Translations under genes and position numbers: made by a program
Part shown: piece by piece, positions 53,429 through 59,409 of the stretch
Position numbering within the stretch: the first letter of the stretch is position 1
How the letters are laid out: each line of letters begins with the position of its first letter
Notes under the pieces: generated by a model
What the model saw: the letters and a program-made list of their open reading frames with translations, nothing else
Databases searched by the model: none
Told to the model about the DNA's origin: nothing
IMG/VR virus record: IMGVR_UViG_3300005531_000120
Span: 1-59,409 of that record
Length of the DNA stretch: 59,409 bases
DNA from: a virus
Lineage: Duplodnaviria > Caudoviricetes
Reading direction: 5' to 3' (one strand)

Positions 53429-54451
53429 GGGGCTTATATACTTGACTCCCCATGATGGGTTAGGCCGCCACGATCTTCCGCTCAGCGATGTAGCAGAGCA
53501 GCGAGCATTCGGCGGCCGGTCCTTCATCGCCATCGTCAAGGGTCGGGTCCAACTCATCCAGAAATATCCGCTCCCGGTCGCCGCTGGTCATCTTCACAAG
53601 CCGCACGCCCAAGGCGCGGCTGAGCCGCGCTCGCTTCTCGAAATCAACCGGGAAATGACGCCGGGTCCGGTTCCAATAGCGAGGCGATTGAGCGTTAACG
53701 CATCCTATGCAATTCGCGTTTGGAAAGCCCAGCCGATACATGATCGGCAGGAGGATGCCCGCACGGATCACAATGGCATGGCAGTCATCCTTGGTGAGAC
53801 CGGCATCAATCAGGGGCGTGACGAGCCGGACATCTGGGTTCTGATCCCGGAACCGTTCGGCCCGCGCGCGCTCATCAAAGGTAAAACCAAAAGCCTGCAA
53901 ATCCGGGTGCCACTCCCTCTCGAAAGTCCAGCAAACGGCCTTCTTCATTTCCTGTGTGCAGGAAGCCCCTTCGACGCCGCTCATATATCGGCGTCGGGTC
54001 CACACGTCCTCGCAACTCGAATACTCCGCGCTCTTCAGATTCAAGATTGGGCGCCCGAACCATCGCTCACAGTCGGCGGCAAAACGATCATTGTCCTCGT
54101 GTTCCTCGGGCACCAGACAGCGGGCAATCTCCACGTCATGCGTGTCCGAATACTCGGCGAGTACAAGCCGACTTGTGACAGCGCTGGCCGTCCCCGCAGA
54201 AAACCACGAAACAATGCGAGGCCGATCAGCCATCGCGTACGATCTCCGCCGCGCGCCGACCCTAGCGACCAAAGAGGAATTCGAGCGTCTTCCGCACCCG
54301 GCGGTGCCCGAAGGCAACACGCAAACCACGACGATATGCCTGGGCGAGCACCTCCTCGTTCGCGTCATGAGTTCGGAAATCGGCCACGATATCATTCGCC
54401 GATGGAAGAATCTTAGGGGCAGAACCATGTTCAGCCAAAGTGATTACTCCC
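53429..54451. mobile_element. 1023-bp non-autonomous cassette with 8-bp target duplication (IS1595-like ends)
   Basis: GATTTCAG at 53421..53428 and 54452..54459; imperfect terminal inverted repeats; no transposase. Confidence 0.8.
53460..54233 (-). CDS. PAPS-reductase-like (adenine nucleotide alpha hydrolase) phage protein
   Basis: WFSAGTASAV PP-loop variant, CTQEMKK, GFTFDE..R, PLID..LTK.DC, NANCIGCV, C-terminal CSLLC. Confidence 0.85.
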   Translation of the reverse strand: MADRPRIVSWFSAGTASAVTSRLVLAEYSDTHDVEIARCLVPEEHEDNDRFAADCERWFGRPILNLKSAEYSSCEDVWTRRRYMSGVEGASCTQEMKKAVCWTFEREWHPDLQAFGFTFDERARAERFRDQNPDVRLVTPLIDAGLTKDDCHAIVIRAGILLPIMYRLGFPNANCIGCVNAQSPRYWNRTRRHFPVDFEKRARLSRALGVRLVKMTSGDRERIFLDELDPTLDDGDEGPAAECSLLCYIAERKIVAA

Positions 54452-54493
54452 GATTTCAGCCGCTCGCCGGCGGCGCCGCCGTGGTCCGCCATT

Positions 54494-54787
54494 TCATGCT
54501 CCTCCGAGTGGACCCGCGCACTTGCTGCAGAGGTCGCTGTCGTTGACCCAGTGACAGCGGCCGCCGCTCCGGATATCGACGCAGGCGCGGTCCTCGGTGC
54601 AGCCGCAGAGCCGGCAGGCGATCATCGGGGTCGTCTGCACGCCCGCGACCTCGCCGAGCCCGAAGCGATGGGCGGTCGAGGCCAGCTGCTGGACCTGGAA
54701 CTCGTCCGGCTGCTCGAGCGAGACCGCCTCGAGCAAGACGCGCCGGTACCGGTCGACCACCTGGTTGCGGAAGATCTCGGGCATCAC
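54494..54787 (-). CDS. Hypothetical protein with Cys cluster
   Basis: CRLCGCTEDRAC...CHWV..DLCSKC. Confidence 0.65.
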   Translation of the reverse strand: MMPEIFRNQVVDRYRRVLLEAVSLEQPDEFQVQQLASTAHRFGLGEVAGVQTTPMIACRLCGCTEDRACVDIRSGGRCHWVNDSDLCSKCAGPLGGA

Positions 54788-54902
54788 TCGGGCGCCTTCC
54801 CTTGCTCTCGCCGCCGCTTGATCCGACGGCGGATCAGCCAGGCGAGCGGCGCCAGCGCATAGGCGACGATCGCCGGCAGCTGCGCAGTTCCGAGGGCCCC
54901 GC

Positions 54903-55115
54903 TCACAGCGCGAGCTCCAGTTGCGCCTGGAACCAGATTCGCAACGGCCGCCGCTGCGGAAGCGGACGCCGGCACGCCGAGCACATCTCTCGGTGACCCC
55001 GATCGGCGGGATCCGGCAGGGGCGCGCTGCCGAGCTTCACGCCAACGAGCGACATTTCGGCGCCCGGCCGGGTCCGCCGGAGGAAGGCCGGGATCTCCCA
55101 GGGGTCGGCACTCAT
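54903..55115 (-). CDS. Hypothetical phage protein
   Basis: WEIPAFLRR motif; ATGA overlap with ATPase stop. Confidence 0.5.
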   Translation of the reverse strand: MSADPWEIPAFLRRTRPGAEMSLVGVKLGSAPLPDPADRGHREMCSACRRPLPQRRPLRIWFQAQLELAL

Positions 55116-56974
55116 GCGCGGCCTCGCATGAGCTCGGCGTCGAAGAGCTGCTCGGCCGCGCGGATCGTGCCGTCGCGCTCGGTGACGACGAGCTCGCGGG
55201 CGCCGAGGCGCTGAAGGTAGGTGTCACGGCTCGAGCGCTTGTAGCCGGTCGCCTCGGTGAGCGCCTCGCGGCTCACCGGCTCCGGATAGGCCGGCAGCAG
55301 CCGCTCGAGGATGACGCGCTCGCCCTGGGGCAGGCGCTCGAGCCAGTACCGCTGCAGCTCCTCCCCAGTGGGCAATGGCGCGAAATCGGCGCCCAGGGCC
55401 GCGATGCCGGCATCGGTCGCGAGGATCCGCTCGCCCGTCTCGACGTAGCCCGCGGCGCCGAGCCGCTGCACGTAGGTGTCCCGGCTCGAGCGCTTGTAGC
55501 CCGTGAGGACGGTCAGCTGCTCGCGCGTGACGCCCTCGGGATGCTGCGCGATCGCGACCAGGCACGCGCGCTCGCCGCGCGCCAGCGGCTCGCCGGCGCC
55601 GTTGGAAGATGGAGCGGGGTCCCGGCGTCGCACCGGGCTCATGCTGGTCGGGCCAGCCCGTCGAACCGACACCCCGCCGGGCGCCGGAGTCGTTCCGACT
55701 CCGGATTTCGTCAGCGCGTCGTTGAAGAGCTTGAGCGAGGCGAAGGCCTCGGTATTCCCGCCGAGCTTCTCGAGCTTCGGGTCCTTGAGCTCGTCAATGA
55801 AGGCGCGCAGCCCGGTCACGCTCTCCGCGAGGCGGCCGAGGTTCGCCATCAGCGGCGCGATGTGCTTCGCCGCACGGCGTAGACCATCGGTGACGCCTTC
55901 GGCGTGACCCTCTTCGCGGGCCCGCTTCAAATCGTCCTTCACCGCCTCGAGCGCGGTCTTCAGAGATGACCTGAGGTTGGCAACCTGCTCGTGTGCCTTC
56001 GCATCCGGCGTCGTGGCCGCGGCCTTCAGCTGCCGCTGCAGCTCCGCGATCGTCGCCTTGAGCCGGCGCGGGTCATTGTCGGCGGTCTCCTTCTCGACCG
56101 TCGCGAGCTTGCCGCGCAGCGCCTCGACATTGAGCGGCTTCAGGTCGGCGGCGTGCTTGCGCTCGCCGCGCTTCGGCGTCGCCGAGCTGTCGAAGGTTGT
56201 CTTCGCCGGGAAGTCCGCGTCCTTGATGATCCCGCGGCCGGGGATCCACACCAGGCCGTGGCCGCGCGGAAAGGCCGCGAGCTCGCCGTAGAGCTCCTTC
56301 CACCGCGCCTTGTCGGCCTGACCCTCGACCCAGTCGCCGATCGCGTCGCGGTCCTGGGTCGAGGTGAGCTTGAACGCGACGAGCCCGTCGATCTGGGAGA
56401 GCACGTTCTTCGAGAGCACCGCCGGCCGCTGGGTGATGAGCCAGGGGATGAAGCCGAGGCGCCGGCCGCGGCGGACGATCGTCTCCATCTGGCCCAGCAG
56501 CTTCGCGGCCTCGCCCTCCTTGTCGAGGAGCCGCTGCGGCGCCCAGAGATCCGCCTCGTCGAAGATCAGGTGCACGGGCTCGCGCGAGGCCTTGCGGTAG
56601 ATCGCGGTCAGCAGGCCCAGCATGAAGCGGCGCTCGGCCGCGTTGGTGCCGAGGCTCGAGAGCGAGACGATGCAGCTCTCCGCCATGCCGGCGACGGTCT
56701 CGCCGATGAGCGCGCCGGCGTGCTCGTTCAGCGGCAGGTCGCCGTGCTCGCCGCCGAAGATCACCACCTTGAACGGCGATTCCGTCTTGCCGTCCGCCAG
56801 CAGCCGCAGGCCAAACCACACATCCAAGGGGTCCAGAATGATGCACCGCGCCCCCCGACGGAGAAGCTGCTCAACGCAGCCGGAAGCGTTGTAGGTCTTG
56901 CCGGAGCCCGCCGTGCCAACGAACCCCAGGCGATCGTCGAGGGCGGCAGCGGGTATGGGGTGCTGCGCGCTCAT
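55112..56974 (-). CDS. HerA/FtsK-like P-loop ATPase with coiled coil and tandem C-terminal winged helices
   Basis: GTAGSGKT, ILDPLD, LIFDEAD, RRGR..G, ITQRP; two TGYKRSSRDTY(V/L)QRL repeats. Confidence 0.9.
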   Translation of the reverse strand: MSAQHPIPAAALDDRLGFVGTAGSGKTYNASGCVEQLLRRGARCIILDPLDVWFGLRLLADGKTESPFKVVIFGGEHGDLPLNEHAGALIGETVAGMAESCIVSLSSLGTNAAERRFMLGLLTAIYRKASREPVHLIFDEADLWAPQRLLDKEGEAAKLLGQMETIVRRGRRLGFIPWLITQRPAVLSKNVLSQIDGLVAFKLTSTQDRDAIGDWVEGQADKARWKELYGELAAFPRGHGLVWIPGRGIIKDADFPAKTTFDSSATPKRGERKHAADLKPLNVEALRGKLATVEKETADNDPRRLKATIAELQRQLKAAATTPDAKAHEQVANLRSSLKTALEAVKDDLKRAREEGHAEGVTDGLRRAAKHIAPLMANLGRLAESVTGLRAFIDELKDPKLEKLGGNTEAFASLKLFNDALTKSGVGTTPAPGGVSVRRAGPTSMSPVRRRDPAPSSNGAGEPLARGERACLVAIAQHPEGVTREQLTVLTGYKRSSRDTYVQRLGAAGYVETGERILATDAGIAALGADFAPLPTGEELQRYWLERLPQGERVILERLLPAYPEPVSREALTEATGYKRSSRDTYLQRLGARELVVTERDGTIRAAEQLFDAELMRGRA

Positions 56975-57528
56975 AAAGCTTCCGCGCGGACGGCGCCGTG
57001 CTTCAGCCGCCAGACAGTCGATTGGCTTACGCCGAATTCGGCCGCGACGGCTCGCTGGCTGATCCCGGGCGTGTTCGCCCGGCGCCGAAGCGCCGCTACC
57101 TGGTCGTCGGTCAGGTCGGCATTCCAGTTGTTCTCGCCGCGCGGCCCGACTTTGCGCGCCCGACCCTTGGCCTCCATATCTTCGACGTTCTCGGCTTGCG
57201 TGCCTTCGAACAGATGGCGCGGCCGGACGCAATTGGGCACGTCGCACTCATGCAGCACGTGGATGCCGTCGGGGATCGGACCGTTCGCGCAGGCATAGGC
57301 GAGCCGGTGAACGTAGACCTGTTGTTCCTTGTACTCGATCCGGCCATGTAGTCCGCTCGGTCGATAGCCCTCGAAGAGCCAGCAATCGCCAGCAGGGCGC
57401 ACGAGCGCCAGCGTCGCCATGATGCGTTCGATCGAAACAACGGCGTTGCGGTCGACGATCACCGGCGCGCTGCGACCAACCAGCCGCATCTCGGCGAGCA
57501 TCCGATGAATGAAACTCACGGCGACCAA
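56971..57528 (-). CDS. HNH endonuclease with C-terminal HTH
   Basis: CWLF...VHRLAY...VLHECDVPNCVRPRHLFEGTQAENVED. Confidence 0.9.
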   Translation of the reverse strand: MVAVSFIHRMLAEMRLVGRSAPVIVDRNAVVSIERIMATLALVRPAGDCWLFEGYRPSGLHGRIEYKEQQVYVHRLAYACANGPIPDGIHVLHECDVPNCVRPRHLFEGTQAENVEDMEAKGRARKVGPRGENNWNADLTDDQVAALRRRANTPGISQRAVAAEFGVSQSTVWRLKHGAVRAEAL

Positions 57529-57851
57529 CCCCGCCAGCGCGCGAGCGAGAGCCCGCCGTTAAGAGCCAGCGCGGCGACCGCGAGCCAGAAGAACCATTTC
57601 GCCCGGCGGAGCGCATGGCCCGCGCGGTCCAGATGGCTCTTCGCCGTCTCCGCGCTCTGCTTCGCGGCCTCGGCGAGTCTCACCGTCGCTGCCACGCCCT
57701 GCTCGGTCGCGCGCCGCAGTGCCGTCATGACCTCGAGCGTGTTCCGCTGCGCGAGCAGCCACGGCAGCGGCCAGGACGGGAAGTCGGCGACCCGCGCGAG
57801 CGGCCCCGTGGGCTCGTCGACGAACTCCTCCTCGTGAGCGCGCGGGCTCAT
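57516..57851 (-). CDS. Hypothetical membrane protein
   Basis: Coiled coil plus C-terminal hydrophobic segment. Confidence 0.55.
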   Translation of the reverse strand: MSPRAHEEEFVDEPTGPLARVADFPSWPLPWLLAQRNTLEVMTALRRATEQGVAATVRLAEAAKQSAETAKSHLDRAGHALRRAKWFFWLAVAALALNGGLSLARWRGWSP

Positions 57852-58105
57852 GGCGCGACCCTTCCTCGACGATCGAGCCATGCGCGATAGGCTGACTGAT
57901 GGTCCGGGCAGAGGTGCTTATCGGCAGCGACCTCCTTCGCGCAGCGATGGCAGATCGGCCGATCGCAGGTGCCCGACTTCCGGTCGCTCACCTTCCAATC
58001 GCAGAGCAGCTCGGCGCGGCCGCCACAGCCGCAGCGCCGCGCCCGCTGGTGCGGCGTGCAGACGATCGCCACCGTGTCGCCGATCTTGACGGGCGTGCAG
58101 ACCAT
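57848..58105 (-). CDS. Cys-rich Zn-finger phage protein
   Basis: CGCG...LLCDW...TCDRPICHRCA...LCPDH. Confidence 0.7.
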   Translation of the reverse strand: MVCTPVKIGDTVAIVCTPHQRARRCGCGGRAELLCDWKVSDRKSGTCDRPICHRCAKEVAADKHLCPDHQSAYRAWLDRRGRVAP

Positions 58106-58317
58106 CAGGCCCGTGCCTTCCCTGTCTCGAAACGCTTGAGCCACCGTTCCACAGTCGCTCGGCGCCACCACTTGCGTGCAACCTTGCCGTCACTCCGACG
58201 AGCGACTTTGTCCGGCGCAGGAAAACCAAGTTCGCGCGTCCAGCGCCACAGCGTCATCTCGCTGACAGCGTCGCCGAAGAACGCGCGAACCTGCTTAGTG
58301 CTGAGAAGCTCGCCCAT
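58105..58317 (-). CDS. AlpA-like HTH regulator / second excisionase-like protein
   Basis: LLSTKQVRAFFG..SEMTLWRW...GFPAP...WW...VERW. Confidence 0.85.
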   Translation of the reverse strand: MGELLSTKQVRAFFGDAVSEMTLWRWTRELGFPAPDKVARRSDGKVARKWWRRATVERWLKRFETGKARA

Positions 58318-58505
58318 TAGCGGACCCCGCGCCGGAGCAGGACCTCGCTTATCGATGCGCGCGCCTTCTTGAGGCGCTCGACCTCGTCATCCCCGAGGGC
58401 GATGCCCTCCTCGACCGCCTTGCGCACCATCTCGGCCTGCGCCGCGAGCGAGACGATGACGTCCCGCGTGCGCAGCTCCCGCGTGCCGCCGCGCGCTTGG
58501 GCCAT
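58317..58505 (-). CDS. Hypothetical helical protein
   Basis: GGAGG SD; coupled at both ends. Confidence 0.55.
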   Translation of the reverse strand: MAQARGGTRELRTRDVIVSLAAQAEMVRKAVEEGIALGDDEVERLKKARASISEVLLRRGVR

Positions 58506-59017
58506 CAACACACCTCCCGCCCGAAACGCTCGCGGCTCTGATATTGGCCTCTTTCGCGACGGGCCGCTCTCATGGCGCTGATAGCCGCTCGGCGGTTCGG
58601 GAAGCGTCCGAGGAAGATGCGCCTACCGTTGTCCGAAATCCGCGCAAACCAGAGGCCGGTCTGCCTGCAGAGGAAAACGCCTCGCGAGGCTGCGGCCGTG
58701 CTGTTCAGCAGATTGGCAGACCGAGTGCATCGCCGGAGATTCCGGCGAACGTTCAAGAGCGTGTCGCCGTTCTTGTGGTCGACATCCTCGCCAGGGCGCG
58801 CCCGGGCGATCACGCGGTGCATGAAAATGGTGGTGCGCTTTCGGACGCCACCGATTGTCCTAGTCACACGGCGAGCGGCGTAGAACCGACCAGGAACGGA
58901 TGCGTGGGCGAACCAGCGATGCTGGCGCAGCACTTCAAAGTCGCGGGGTTCGACGACGGCGAAGAGGCCGCGCGTGAGAGGGATTCGGCAGATGCCCGGC
59001 GTCATGCCGCCCACCAC
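58505..59017 (-). CDS. HNH-AP2 domain endonuclease
   Basis: IPLTRGLFAVV, FMHRVI, VDHKNGDTLLNVRRNLRRCT, GV...WFARI...IFLGRF. Confidence 0.88.
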   Translation of the reverse strand: MVGGMTPGICRIPLTRGLFAVVEPRDFEVLRQHRWFAHASVPGRFYAARRVTRTIGGVRKRTTIFMHRVIARARPGEDVDHKNGDTLLNVRRNLRRCTRSANLLNSTAAASRGVFLCRQTGLWFARISDNGRRIFLGRFPNRRAAISAMRAARRERGQYQSRERFGREVC

Positions 59018-59020
59018 CGC

Positions 59021-59254
59021 TGTGCCGGGAATCGTGCCGGCTTGTTTTCCGATTTTTCCGATCCTGCGAGCGCGATCGCGCTGGCGCGCGCTAGATGTCG
59101 GGAGTCGCGGTCGCGGGTAACACCACCGGTTCTCTTAAGCGCCGCATGGGGTTGCGGACTAGTCCTCCGCGGCGCCGCCGGGCCGGCATCGCGCGATCGA
59201 CTGTGCCGACTCTTGTGCGGTCGACAGTTCCGGGATTTCCGGGATTTCCGATCC
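59021..59254. promoter_or_regulatory. Right att arm: integrase arm-type pairs and TTTCCG direct repeats
   Basis: TGTGCCGG/CGTGCCGG (59021, 59033), TGTGCCGA/TGTGCGG (59202, 59214); TTTCCGA/TTCCGGGAT repeats at 59046..59064 and 59229..59254. Confidence 0.55.
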
Positions 59255-59289
59255 GACGCGATCGCAGAAACGCCGATTCCATCGGCATT

Positions 59290-59338
59290 AGCCTGGCTGG
59301 GGCGCCAGGATTCGAACCTGGGAATGGCGGATTCAAAG
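59290..59338. repeat. Right attachment site
   Basis: Identical to 72..120. Confidence 0.97.
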
Positions 59339-59368
59339 TCCGCTGCCTTACCGCTTGGCGACGCCCCA
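59294..59368 (-). tRNA. tRNA-Gln(TTG), intact, with encoded CCA
   Basis: TGGGGCG acceptor stem, GCGGA-CTTTGAA-TCCGC anticodon arm, GGTTCGAATCC T-arm. Confidence 0.98.
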
Positions 59369-59409
59369 CCGAGGCGGGCCGGGACCTTACCGACAAAGCC
59401 TAGGGCTCG

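Larger units (their letters stand above)
53378..54492 (-). pseudogene. GapR/DUF2312-like mini-gene interrupted by an inserted cassette
   Basis: Removing the insert and one TSD restores MADHGGAAGERLKSLIERIERLARGPR*. Confidence 0.8.
72..59338. mobile_element. Integrated temperate prophage (HK97-like head, non-contractile tail), apparently complete
   Basis: Exact 49-bp terminal direct repeats matching a tRNA 3' half; integrase, immunity, replication, packaging, head, tail and lysis modules all present in lambdoid order. Confidence 0.97.

Noticed and set aside
53460-54233. Dnd/Ssp phosphorothioation system or sulfate assimilation cysH
   Set aside because: No other dnd, ssp or cys genes in the window; the protein has the phage-type motif set
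59091-59403. Two ~100-aa ORFs at the right end
   Set aside because: They overlap the tRNA and att arm repeats; no coding evidence
1-59409. CRISPR array or diversity-generating retroelement
   Set aside because: No regularly spaced repeat-spacer array, no reverse transcriptase motifs and no TR/VR pair differing at adenines were seen

Overview
The window is one apparently complete ~59.3 kb temperate siphovirus-like prophage in a high-GC alphaproteobacterial host. It is integrated in tRNA-Gln(TTG) and bounded by an exact 49-bp direct repeat (72..120 / 59290..59338). Gene order: integrase/excisionase and leftward early genes; XRE repressor-cro switch with four TTCAAG-N3-CTTGAA-type operators; replication initiator with internal iterons; accessory genes (DUF5131, GcrA-like, Acb2-like, two DUF6527-like, a second tyrosine recombinase); HNH-cos-terminase-portal; two paralogous HK97-type capsid genes flanking the prohead protease; a methyltransferase/glycosyltransferase cassette inside the head genes; a non-contractile tail with a GTA-like tip module; an accessory fibre region with a Hint-domain fibre; a lysis cassette with a lipase and several lipoproteins; a RelE/HigB-HigA pair; and a right arm with a HerA-like ATPase and HNH genes. 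The most unusual signals are non-coding or structural: (i) a kissing-loop/pseudoknot leader over the ribosome-binding site of the putative virion-modification genes, (ii) four covarying copies of a structured leader before tail genes, (iii) about ten copies of a covarying hairpin with a G(C/T)TAC foot and GGGTTGGC loop, (iv) a transposase-less, TSD-flanked cassette carrying a PAPS-reductase-like gene inserted in a GapR-like mini-gene, and (v) origin iterons built from CcrM (GANTC) sites. Family assignments are from motif recognition by eye; no searches were run.
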